From the NCBI GenBank assembly GCA_023129325.1, contig JAGMCI010000011.1, positions 45,549 to 109,548 on the forward strand: DNA of 64,000 nt, written 5' to 3'. Each line of letters opens with the position of its first letter. Within the stretch, counting starts at the first letter, position 1. The position numbers and the translations under genes were made by a program. Under the pieces are notes generated by a model, which saw nothing but the letters and a program-made list of their open reading frames with translations, did not search any database and was not told where the DNA came from. The stretch comes from a candidate division WOR-3 bacterium. GTDB lineage: Bacteria > Hydrothermota > UBA3073 > JACQXS01 > JAGMCI01. This document shows, one piece after another, positions 9,160 to 18,671 of the stretch.

Positions 9160-9994
9160 ACTTTTTCACCTTGTTTTTATAGAAAACAAGAATAGAAGCG
9201 TGTTTGCTTGTCTCTTTAAGACTCATCATAGCTTTATCAATATATTCTTTTTTTATATCTATACCGATGGAGTTTCTGTTTAATTTCAAAGCCTCTAAAT
9301 TTGTTGTTCCTATTCCACAAAATGGATCTAACACAGTATTGCCATAAAAAGAATACATTTTAATTAACCTATAGGGAAGTTCATTAGGGAAAACCGCTGG
9401 ATGCTCTTTCTTGCTCACTCCATTTAAATACCATATTGGTTCCCTGAATTTTCTAAATTCTTCTTTTGTTATTCTAGATTTTTCTTTTATTTCTTTGGAA
9501 ACTTTTCTCCTTCCTATTTTTCTGAATACATGAATCGCTTCCAATGCCGTAGAAATCATAAAATTGGAAGGATAGGGATAACTACCAAATAGAACAGCAC
9601 CGTTCCGTGAGGTAGTTTTTTTCCAATAAATAGTACCCATAAATTTCAAGTCTTTGTGCTTATCCAAAAATTTCCATAAGTCTAAAATCAAATTTACAGT
9701 ATACTTTCTTTTCTCATCGTTTTTATTACTATAAATATTGCCCATATTTAAAGCAATTTTACCATCTGGTAATAATATCCTGATGCACTCTTTAAAAATA
9801 TTTCCCATTTTTATAAGATACTCTTCATACTTATCATTGAAACCAATCTGTTTATGATGCTTATAATCTCGGGCATTCCAATAAGGTGGAGAAGTAACTA
9901 TTAGTTGCACACTAGCATTTCTTAGCTCACGTAGTTCTTCATCGGTGCCACCTACATATAGCTCATGTATAGTTTTGTTGCATGTCTCATTCAT
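9149..9994 (-). CDS. Site-specific DNA methyltransferase, beta class (N4-C/N6-A)
   Basis: TSPPYW precedes HPAVFP and VLDPFCGIGTT (motif IV before motif I). Confidence 0.9.
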   Translation of the reverse strand: MNETCNKTIHELYVGGTDEELRELRNASVQLIVTSPPYWNARDYKHHKQIGFNDKYEEYLIKMGNIFKECIRILLPDGKIALNMGNIYSNKNDEKRKYTVNLILDLWKFLDKHKDLKFMGTIYWKKTTSRNGAVLFGSYPYPSNFMISTALEAIHVFRKIGRRKVSKEIKEKSRITKEEFRKFREPIWYLNGVSKKEHPAVFPNELPYRLIKMYSFYGNTVLDPFCGIGTTNLEALKLNRNSIGIDIKKEYIDKAMMSLKETSKHASILVFYKNKVKKYEQ

Positions 9995-10028
9995 ATTTTC
10001 ATCTTCCTATTATTCAAACTACTATTGT

Positions 10029-10048
10029 GTATAACTTATCTATATCCA
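10029..10048 (-). mobile_element. attI-like or core recombination site at the cassette 5' end
   Basis: Minus strand TGGATATAGATAA-GTTATAC; GTTATAC is the exact complement of the GTATAAC at the far end of the cassette (4802-4808). Confidence 0.5.
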
Positions 10049-10076
10049 ATTTTACTATAAAAAACACATTTGTCAA
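10049..10076 (-). promoter_or_regulatory. Sigma70-type promoter (Pc-like position) driving the four-gene cassette
   Basis: TTGACA-N16-TAAAAT immediately upstream of the GTT core. Confidence 0.6.
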
Positions 10077-10177
10077 GAAATAATTTAACACGAACAAGAC
10101 ACGAACAAAAACCAATCTCAATATCCGTATGGACAAAACACGAACTTACTCACAAAAATTTTTACAAAGAAAAATGG

Positions 10178-10252
10178 TTCGCCCCGTTTCCATACGGAAC
10201 GGGGTTCGTGTGCTGTTCGCCCCGCACCGAGATTTCTCTGGTGCGGGGTTCG
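10178..10252. mobile_element. Two CCCCG...CGGGG mini-elements, each with a TTCG target duplication, inside CACGAAC/GTTCGTG repeats
   Basis: TTCG-CCCCGTTTCCATACGGAACGGGG-TTCG (10182-10204) and TTCG-CCCCGCACCGAGATTTCTCTGGTGCGGGG-TTCG (10220-10248). Confidence 0.8.
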
Positions 10253-10359
10253 TAAATGTTCGTGCTGAGTTCGTGTTAAAACCTGTTTAATTTAATCTGT
10301 GGCTATTTCTCTCTGTGTGCTCTGTGAACTCTGTGGTTGCAACTTTGTGTGCTTTGTGG

Positions 10360-11424
<1,065 letters not shown>

Positions 11425-11540
11425 TTAATTTTACATTAAAAGATTAAAAAATCAAGATTATTCTATATAATAATTATCAAATTCTCAAAGAATTAGATGG
11501 AAATAATAGGAAAATAAGTTTTTAATTGACAAGATTTTTC

Positions 11541-11569
11541 TTGACAAGAGGCTTTTTTTAAGATATAAT
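11541..11569 (+). promoter_or_regulatory. Sigma70-type promoter of the fabH-oxidoreductase operon
   Basis: TTGACA-N17-TATAAT, 12 nt before ATG, no SD. Confidence 0.7.
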
Positions 11570-11581
11570 TAAATTCAGACA

Positions 11582-12562
11582 ATGAGGAAATTGAAAATTA
11601 TTGGCACTGGCTCCTATGTCCCCCCAAAAGTTCTCACGAACTTTGATTTAGAAAAGATGGTAGATACTTCAGACGAGTGGATAAGGGGACGCACTGGAGT
11701 CAAGGAGAGGCATATTGTTGAAGGCAACACAGCAACATCTGACTTAGCAGTTGAAGCTGCTAAAGATGCACTTTCTGATGCTGGTCTTAAGGCTCAAGAC
11801 CTTGATGTCATAATAATAGCCACTGCCACTCCAGACACAGCTTATCCCTCCACTGCCTGCTGGACTCAGAAGGGGCTTGGCATAAAAGATATACCTGTTT
11901 TTGATATAGGAGCTGCTTGTTCTGGCTTCCTTTATGGGTTTGAAGTAGCTGCCAGTCTGATAGCGACAGGTAAATATAATAATATTTTAGTCTCAGGTGC
12001 TGAAGTAATGTCTAAAGTTGTGGATTGGGAAGACAGGAACACTTGTGTTTTATTTGGTGACGGAGCAGGTGCCTGTATTGTAGCTGCGACTGATGGCGAC
12101 AGTGGTATTCTTGCTTCTTATTTAGGGGCAGATGGGACAATTGGCCACCTCTTGGTCCAGCCAGCTGGTGGCACCCGGATGCCTGCTTCTCATGAGACAG
12201 TTGATAAGAAGCTGCATACAGTACATATGCAAGGTCGTGAAGTATTCAAATATGCTGTGAGGACAATGGGGGGTTCAGTAGCCAAAGTCCTAAAGGAGGC
12301 AAATCTAACAGCCGAAGACATAGCCCTTTATGTTCCTCATCAAGCCAATCTTCGCATTGTTGAAGCCACTTGCAGGAGGGTAAATATGCCAATGTCCAAG
12401 ACTTCAGTGATAATTGACAAATATGGCAATGTTCCTGCTTCTTCAATTCCATTGGCGCTTGATGCGGCAAACAAGAAAGGGAAGATAAAATCTGGAGATT
12501 TAGTTCTTTTTTCTGCATTTGGTGCTGGTTTTACATGGGGGGCAATGATATTTAAATGGTAA
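11582..12562 (+). CDS. fabH: Beta-ketoacyl-ACP synthase III
   Basis: DTSDEWI, AACSGF (Cys), LFGDGAGA, HQAN, YGN, FGAGFTWG. Confidence 0.95.
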   Translation: MRKLKIIGTGSYVPPKVLTNFDLEKMVDTSDEWIRGRTGVKERHIVEGNTATSDLAVEAAKDALSDAGLKAQDLDVIIIATATPDTAYPSTACWTQKGLGIKDIPVFDIGAACSGFLYGFEVAASLIATGKYNNILVSGAEVMSKVVDWEDRNTCVLFGDGAGACIVAATDGDSGILASYLGADGTIGHLLVQPAGGTRMPASHETVDKKLHTVHMQGREVFKYAVRTMGGSVAKVLKEANLTAEDIALYVPHQANLRIVEATCRRVNMPMSKTSVIIDKYGNVPASSIPLALDAANKKGKIKSGDLVLFSAFGAGFTWGAMIFKW

Positions 12563-12793
12563 ATGGAAGAAACAATAACTAAGCTTAAAGCAAAAATAAA
12601 GATTATTGAGACACTTTGTAAAGGATGTGGCTATTGTATTGATGCCTGTCCTAAGAAGATTTTGGAGATGGCTTCTTATTCTAATCAAAGCGGCTATCAT
12701 CCAGCTCGTTGTATTAAACCCGAGGATTGCATAGGCTGCGCCTTATGCTATCAAGTCTGCCCAGAAATAGCGATAGAAGTTGAGAAGTTATGA
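12563..12793 (+). CDS. 2[4Fe-4S] ferredoxin (delta subunit of 2-oxoacid:ferredoxin oxidoreductase)
   Basis: CKGCGYCIDACP and CIGCALCYQVCP. Confidence 0.9.
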   Translation: MEETITKLKAKIKIIETLCKGCGYCIDACPKKILEMASYSNQSGYHPARCIKPEDCIGCALCYQVCPEIAIEVEKL

Positions 12794-13905
12794 AGAACAT
12801 GGAAAAATATAAGATGGGTGAGAAGGTGTTAATGAAGGGTAATGAGGCACTTGCAGAGGGTGCCGTTAGGGCGGGTTGCAGGTTTTTTGCTGGCTATCCG
12901 ATTACACCACAAAATGAGATTCCAGAGTATCTATCTTGGCGTATCTTTGAAGTCGGTGGCACTTTCATACAATCTGAATCTGAGATTGCTGCTATCAATA
13001 TGATATTTGGCGTAGCGGCTTGTGGTGTTAGGGGGATGACATCCTCATCTGGCTGTGGCATAAGTTTAAAGCAAGAAGGCATCTCGTATATAGCTTCAGC
13101 AGAGCTGCCGTTCTTTTATGCAAACATAATCCGTGGTGGTCCGGGACTTGGCAATATTGCCCCAGCTCAAAGTGACTACTTTCAGGCAACTCGTGGTGGT
13201 GGGCATGGCGATTATCGGGTGATTGTTTTGGCGCCAAATTCGGTGACTGAGATGGGTAATTTCCCAAAGTTAGCTTACGACTTGGCAGATAAGTATAGGA
13301 ATCCGTGCATGGTACTTGCTGATGGATTGCTGGGGCAAATGATGGAGCCAATGGAATTTAACTTTGACTGGGTTGACCCAGATAAACTCCCGCCAAAGGA
13401 CTATATTGTGACAGGTTGTAAAGGTAGACCAAGGAGGATTATAAATACGCTTCATATGATACCAAGTATCCTTGAAAAGCACAACTGGCATTTGTATGAA
13501 AAATATCAAAGAATAGAAGAAAATGAAGTGCGGTTTGAGGGGTGCAACTTAGAAGATGCTGAAATTGTCATCGTAGCATATGGGACTTCAGCCCGTATTT
13601 CAACTGAAGCTGTGATAAAAGGTAGAAAAAAGGGTATAAAAGTTGGGCTCTTTAGGCCGATAACTTTATGGCCCTTTCCGAAGAAGGCTATTAATGAGCT
13701 TGCTGATAGAGTCAAGAAGCTTTTGGTAGTAGAAATGAATATGGGACAAATGGTTGAGGATGTGGAGATAGCTGTTTCTGGTAAATCTGCTATTCATTTC
13801 CTGGGTCGCCCTGGAGGTAGCTTACCAACAGGAGATGAAGTATTAGATAAAGTAGAAGAAATATTAAGCAAACCTGCTTCGCCGGAGCGAGAGCGAGGCA
13901 AGTAA
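12790..13905 (+). CDS. vorB: 2-oxoacid:ferredoxin oxidoreductase alpha subunit (VorB type)
   Basis: MKGNEALAEG, GYPITPQ, ESEIAA, RGGPGLG, VVEMNMGQM. Confidence 0.85.
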   Translation: MKNMEKYKMGEKVLMKGNEALAEGAVRAGCRFFAGYPITPQNEIPEYLSWRIFEVGGTFIQSESEIAAINMIFGVAACGVRGMTSSSGCGISLKQEGISYIASAELPFFYANIIRGGPGLGNIAPAQSDYFQATRGGGHGDYRVIVLAPNSVTEMGNFPKLAYDLADKYRNPCMVLADGLLGQMMEPMEFNFDWVDPDKLPPKDYIVTGCKGRPRRIINTLHMIPSILEKHNWHLYEKYQRIEENEVRFEGCNLEDAEIVIVAYGTSARISTEAVIKGRKKGIKVGLFRPITLWPFPKKAINELADRVKKLLVVEMNMGQMVEDVEIAVSGKSAIHFLGRPGGSLPTGDEVLDKVEEILSKPASPERERGK

Positions 13906-13906
13906 A

Positions 13907-14653
13907 ATGGGAAGAATTTACAAAAAGCCAGTGAGTATGACCAAGATTGCGATGCGTTACTGCCCTGGTTGTGGACACAGTATTGCTCATCGTTTAATTG
14001 CAGAAGTAATTGATGAGCTTGATATAAGGGAGCGTGCGGTTGGTATTGCGCCTGTGGGATGTTCTGTGTTCCTTGATGAGTATATGGACTGTGATATGAT
14101 ACAAGTTCCACATGGCAGGGGTTGTGCATCTGCCACAGGTATGAAGAGGGTGCGTCCAGATTTAATTGTCTTCTCATATCAGGGCGATGGTGATTTAGCT
14201 GCTATTGGGACAGCTGAGACCATTCATGCAGCCACTCGGTCAGAAAACTTTACGGTCATCTTTATTAACAACGCCATCTATGGCATGACTGGTGGTCAGC
14301 AGGCGCCAACGACGATGCCAGGACAGAAGACGACAACCAATCCTTATGGCAGGGAGGTCAAGGTTCACGGGTATCCCATAAAAGTCTGTGAGATGCTGTC
14401 TGCTCTGGATGGACCTATATATCTGGAGAGAGTCGCTGTAAATAATGTTCCCAATGTTCTGAAAGCGAAGCGTGCCATTAAGAAGGCATTCCAAATTCAG
14501 CTTGATGGACTTGGATTTACATTAGTAGAGATTCTTTCACCGTGTCCTACAGGCTGGGGTGTAATTCCTAAGAAAGCTTGTGAATATGTGGACGAGAAGA
14601 TGAGCAAATATTATCCATTGGGTGTATACAAGGATTTGACCAAAAAGAAATGA
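13907..14653 (+). CDS. 2-oxoacid:ferredoxin oxidoreductase beta subunit (TPP-binding)
   Basis: YCPGCGH, GDGDLAAIG, NNAIYGMTGGQ, SPCPTGW. Confidence 0.9.
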   Translation: MGRIYKKPVSMTKIAMRYCPGCGHSIAHRLIAEVIDELDIRERAVGIAPVGCSVFLDEYMDCDMIQVPHGRGCASATGMKRVRPDLIVFSYQGDGDLAAIGTAETIHAATRSENFTVIFINNAIYGMTGGQQAPTTMPGQKTTTNPYGREVKVHGYPIKVCEMLSALDGPIYLERVAVNNVPNVLKAKRAIKKAFQIQLDGLGFTLVEILSPCPTGWGVIPKKACEYVDEKMSKYYPLGVYKDLTKKK

Positions 14654-15189
14654 GACAAGAGGTAATCATAGCTGGTTTTGGTGGTCAGGGAGTTATCAAG
14701 GCTGGTGTATTACTGGCAACTTCGGCTATGAATGAGGGTAAGCATTGCACACACTTTCCATCCTATGGGGCTGAAATGAGAGGCGGTACAGCTAACTGCT
14801 CAGTGATTATTTCCACTGACGAAATTGCTTCTCCTGTGGTTACTGAGCCAGATACAGTTATTGCTATGAACGAGCCTTCCCTTGACAAGTTTGAGCCCAG
14901 GCTGAAGAAAGGGGGATTGCTTATATACAATTCGTCACTTATCTCAAGGAAACCAAAAAGAAATGATATTGAAGTTCTTGCCGTGCCAGCCAATGAGATA
15001 GCAGAAAAACTTGGGACTGTAAAGTGTGCCAATATGGCTGTTGTAGGAGCATACATATCTAAAACAAAAGCTATTGCCCTTGAGAGTATAAAGTCATCAC
15101 TCCCTACGGTCTTCTATAAACTAAAGCAAGATTTCATCAACATAAATAAAAACGCCCTTGATAAAGGCTCCACATATGCACAGAAGTAG
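14650..15189 (+). CDS. 2-oxoacid:ferredoxin oxidoreductase gamma subunit
   Basis: AGFGGQGV, PSYGAEMRGG. Confidence 0.9.
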   Translation: MRQEVIIAGFGGQGVIKAGVLLATSAMNEGKHCTHFPSYGAEMRGGTANCSVIISTDEIASPVVTEPDTVIAMNEPSLDKFEPRLKKGGLLIYNSSLISRKPKRNDIEVLAVPANEIAEKLGTVKCANMAVVGAYISKTKAIALESIKSSLPTVFYKLKQDFININKNALDKGSTYAQK

Positions 15190-15402
15190 CTAATTTTCAA
15201 CTCTGCCTGTCGGATATTTCGCTCTAAAATCCATCAGTATCTTACCTCCAGTGTGGCTCTGAGCCACTACTCATTATATTTTATAAAGCATATTGCAAGA
15301 AAAAAACTTGACAAATTTAATTTAGCTATTAAAATAAATAACTAAAGGGAAAAGATGATTTTGGTTTTTGATATTTAATCTTTGATATTTGATTTTATTT
15401 AT

Positions 15403-15475
15403 GGGGGTGTAGCTCAGTTGGGAGAGCGTCTGGCTGGCAGCCAGAAGGTCAGGGGTTCGACCCCCCTCACCTCCA
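15403..15475 (+). tRNA. tRNA-Ala (GGC)
   Basis: Cloverleaf: acceptor GGGGGTG/CACCTCC with G3:U70, anticodon loop CT-GGC-AG, T loop TTCGACC; CCA not encoded; TTGACA-N16-TAAAAT at 15308-15335. Confidence 0.95.
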
Positions 15476-15495
15476 TAATTAACAGGAGGAGAGAA

Positions 15496-16890
15496 ATGAA
15501 AGGAATGATTATGGGAAGCAAAAGATTATTAAGCTTTTTGTTGCTTGGATGCTTGGTTTTTGGCTTGTTTGTAAGTATAGGTTGTAAGAGTAAAGGTGGA
15601 TATCAGGATATTGCTCTTGTTAAGCAGGCGACAAGAGAAATCAGGAGAATAAGAAATGCACTTGAAGAATATAAATTGGATTATAGTTATTATCCATCCG
15701 AAGGAAGTGATTTAAAGGTTAGACTTGCTTCTTATTTATCCAAGTTCTCCTATCATGAGGACAAGATAGTGCGTGAGTATTCAGGAACTGTTCTCTCTGC
15801 GCAAAACACTCTTGACCAAATAATTAACATACTTTCTGGATGCGGGAGGATAAAAAATGAGCAAATTGAAGACAGATTTGCTAAGGTTCAGGAGAATCTT
15901 GAGCTTTACAAAGAAGAGCTTGAAGGAATTTCACATAAAATTCCATCAATAGTTGAAGATGTTAAAAAGATACAATCAGTTATTAATGACTTGAATCCTG
16001 AGAAATCAAAATCTTTAAAACAAGATTCTCTTATTAGTCTTGGAGATAGGATTGTAACTACTGTAGATTCACTGATTAAGGAGGTAACTGGCGAAGAGAA
16101 AACTCACTTACAAAATATAGGGAGTACTTTTGGTTGGTATAAGTTAAAGCTTCTTGGCAAGGAGCCCAAAAAGCCACCTGAGCTTTATTCTCCGGAGGGG
16201 GAGATTACCACTTTGAAAGGAGTAAGCAAAGATACTATATCTCTGTCCGAGGAATGGCAAATGGGAATACTTGAGCTTGAAGGGATGATAGAAAATTATC
16301 GGCAAATTGAGTCTTCAATAAATTATTGTGATTTCCTTATAGGAACTCAAAAAGATATTAACCGTGCCTTAAAACTTATTTCAAGTTTTCAAGAAAAGAG
16401 AGAGAAAGCTAAAAAGGCAGCTGTGATTGTGGAAGCACAAGCGAAGTTGTATCGTATGGCTGATGTTTTAAGAGATTATAGAAGAAAGAATTTAACATTC
16501 CCTGAACCAAATGTAAATACAGACTCCCTTTTTCATCCTTATTTTATAGAGACAACGATGAGTGGTGAGCAAATAGACCGCTGGGAAGCTACTTTATCTT
16601 GGTTTTCGTCCAGTCCAGTGTATAAGACTAAAGACCCAACTACAAGTTTTATGCTTGAGGCAAAAGTCAATAATAAAGAGCGCACTTCTCTCGCCTGTTG
16701 GGTTCAGGTTGAAAATCAGTGGGGCAAGATATTAAGTTCTTTTTCAAGTCCATTGATTTATACCACTCCGGATTCTCTTCGGACTTATTTTATAAAAGCA
16801 AGAGCAAAAGACAGTGGCAAAACTTGGATAACAGACCGTCCACCAATTGCCAAGACCCGTCTGCCGTCTGTCGGGCAGAAAGGAGGCTAA
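15496..16890 (+). CDS. Lipoprotein with two GspG/pilin-like segments
   Basis: SD AGGAGG then ATG 15496 (the ORF-track start overlaps the tRNA); lipobox SIGC; IRNALEEYKLDYSYYP and MADVLRDYRRKNLTFP. Confidence 0.6.
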   Translation: MKGMIMGSKRLLSFLLLGCLVFGLFVSIGCKSKGGYQDIALVKQATREIRRIRNALEEYKLDYSYYPSEGSDLKVRLASYLSKFSYHEDKIVREYSGTVLSAQNTLDQIINILSGCGRIKNEQIEDRFAKVQENLELYKEELEGISHKIPSIVEDVKKIQSVINDLNPEKSKSLKQDSLISLGDRIVTTVDSLIKEVTGEEKTHLQNIGSTFGWYKLKLLGKEPKKPPELYSPEGEITTLKGVSKDTISLSEEWQMGILELEGMIENYRQIESSINYCDFLIGTQKDINRALKLISSFQEKREKAKKAAVIVEAQAKLYRMADVLRDYRRKNLTFPEPNVNTDSLFHPYFIETTMSGEQIDRWEATLSWFSSSPVYKTKDPTTSFMLEAKVNNKERTSLACWVQVENQWGKILSSFSSPLIYTTPDSLRTYFIKARAKDSGKTWITDRPPIAKTRLPSVGQKGG

Positions 16891-18063
16891 ATGAGTAAAT
16901 CCTTATATCTTACCCGCCTGCTATTCGTCGGGCAGGTATCTGTTTTGTGTCTTATAATTAGTTGTGCACCACCACCCGGATTAGAGGAGAAACCAGAGGG
17001 CTCAAATGCCCAATTTAGCGAATCCAAAAAGCACTATAGTTTTTGTCGAGAGTATCTTAAAAATAAGATGTGGGATGATGCAATTAAGAATTGCGAACTT
17101 GCTGTTCAGGAAAGCACCTCTTATGTTGATGCTTATGTGGGACTTGGATTAGCTTATCGGGGAAAAAGGGAATATAATAAAATGGAAGAGACCTATGTTA
17201 AAATGATAGAAATTGCTCCACTTAAAGGTCATTATGCTTTAGGGCAACTTTATACTGAAGAAAGGAAATATGAAAAAGCTTTATCCCGTTATAAAGAAGC
17301 TCTGAAAGTAGATACAAGTTATGCTGATGCTTGGTATGGTATAGGGTATGTTTATGAAAAAAGAGGCGACCTCTCGACTGCTATTAAGAATTACAAACAT
17401 GCTTTAAAACTTGACCCTGAGAGTGAGAATATAAGATATAGTCTTGGAAAAGCATATATAGAGAGTGGAGAACATGAAAAGGGCATAGCCGAACTTAAAA
17501 TTTTAATTGCTACTTATCCAGAAGACTTGGATATCAGAGCCGCACTTGGAAAAGCTTATTTGTCCTTAAAAGATTATAATAAAGCCAAACAGGAATTTAG
17601 TTATATCATCCAGCAATCTCTAACTGATGTTACAAATAGGCTGAATTTTGGCATAACATGTGAGGGATTAAAGGATTATGAATCTGCTGTCCATATATAT
17701 AAAGAAGCCATTTCTATAGATACGACAAACATTTCTTCGTATTGTCATTTGATAAACCTTTACATAAAGTTGAAGGACCCGGCTAAAGCTCTTAAATATC
17801 TGAATAAAGCTCGCCAAATAAATCCGAAGAGCCAAATCCTTTACTGTCTTTTTGGAGATATTCATATTTTAAGCGGAGATAAGCTATTCAATAAAAAGGA
17901 ATTTGATGCCTCTATATCAAAATATAATAAAGCAATCAAAGAGTATAAGCTTGCTATTCAAGGGGAAGAAGCTGAATGGGTCTCTTATGCCCAAAAGGCT
18001 ATAAAAATGGCAAAGGCTAAAATTAAAAATGCAGAAGAAGAAGCCTTCTGGCACCGTAAATAA
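16891..18063 (+). CDS. TPR-repeat lipoprotein
   Basis: Lipobox IISC; many AYxxLGxxY TPR units. Confidence 0.85.
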   Translation: MSKSLYLTRLLFVGQVSVLCLIISCAPPPGLEEKPEGSNAQFSESKKHYSFCREYLKNKMWDDAIKNCELAVQESTSYVDAYVGLGLAYRGKREYNKMEETYVKMIEIAPLKGHYALGQLYTEERKYEKALSRYKEALKVDTSYADAWYGIGYVYEKRGDLSTAIKNYKHALKLDPESENIRYSLGKAYIESGEHEKGIAELKILIATYPEDLDIRAALGKAYLSLKDYNKAKQEFSYIIQQSLTDVTNRLNFGITCEGLKDYESAVHIYKEAISIDTTNISSYCHLINLYIKLKDPAKALKYLNKARQINPKSQILYCLFGDIHILSGDKLFNKKEFDASISKYNKAIKEYKLAIQGEEAEWVSYAQKAIKMAKAKIKNAEEEAFWHRK

Positions 18064-18556
18064 AGCGTGTCTTGTTTTAAACCAGAACTATGAACCTCTT
18101 TCAATAACTCGTGTTAAGAGAGCTTTTTGCCTTATTTATCTCGGGAAGGCTGAAGTAGTTGAGCCTTACTCTTTTAAAATTCACTCCATCTCTACCTCTT
18201 TTGTTGCTCCATCGGTTTTAAGATTGCTCTATTTTATTCATGTAAAAAGGCCAAGCCTTCCACTCACCAAACGCAATATTTTAAAACGCGATAATTATAC
18301 CTGTCAGTATTGTGGCGCCCAGAATGTTTCTATGACCACAGACCATATAATCCCTAAAAAACTTGGTGGTGAGGATAGCTGGGAAAATATGGTCTGTGCC
18401 TGTGTTAGATGTAATAATAAAAAAGGAGACAGCACTCTGGAAAAAGCAGGGCTGAAACTAATCAAGCGTCCCAAAAAGCCACATTTCTTTTTTATCATCC
18501 ATAATTTGGTGACAATCCCTGACACCAGATGGAGACAATACCTGTTTATAGATTAA
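18029..18556 (+). CDS. HNH endonuclease (McrA-like)
   Basis: LVLNQNYEPL, RDNYTCQYCG, DHIIPKKLGG, WENMVCACVRCNNKKG. Confidence 0.9.
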   Translation: MQKKKPSGTVNKACLVLNQNYEPLSITRVKRAFCLIYLGKAEVVEPYSFKIHSISTSFVAPSVLRLLYFIHVKRPSLPLTKRNILKRDNYTCQYCGAQNVSMTTDHIIPKKLGGEDSWENMVCACVRCNNKKGDSTLEKAGLKLIKRPKKPHFFFIIHNLVTIPDTRWRQYLFID

Positions 18557-18572
18557 TAGAAGTTTTTTACAC

Positions 18573-18656
18573 ATTGTAGGCACAAATTCAATTTGTGCAA
18601 GCACGATTTTCATGCCCGAGGCAGATTCGCCTTTGGCGAAAAATCGTGCCTACAAT
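18573..18656. repeat. Composite GTAG-type REP doublet with an internal TTCGCCTTTGGCGAA palindrome
   Basis: ATTGTAGGCAC...GCACGATTTT...AAAATCGTGCCTACAAT. Confidence 0.7.
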
Positions 18657-18671
18657 TGATTTCACATGTAA

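Noticed and set aside
9149-9994. Classical type II restriction-modification pair
   Set aside because: No neighbouring ORF shows a recognisable PD-(D/E)xK, HNH or GIY-YIG motif by eye; cannot be fully excluded without profile searches.
15403-15475. tRNA-Ala as an island integration site
   Set aside because: No integrase and no duplicated tRNA 3' end was seen in the window.
15382-15495. N-terminal 38 codons of the 502-aa ORF
   Set aside because: They overlap tRNA-Ala; an SD-supported ATG is at 15496.
18029-18556. HNH protein as an IscB/Cas9-like or homing nuclease
   Set aside because: Only 175 aa, no RuvC motifs, matches the common stand-alone McrA-like family, and no flanking element ends.
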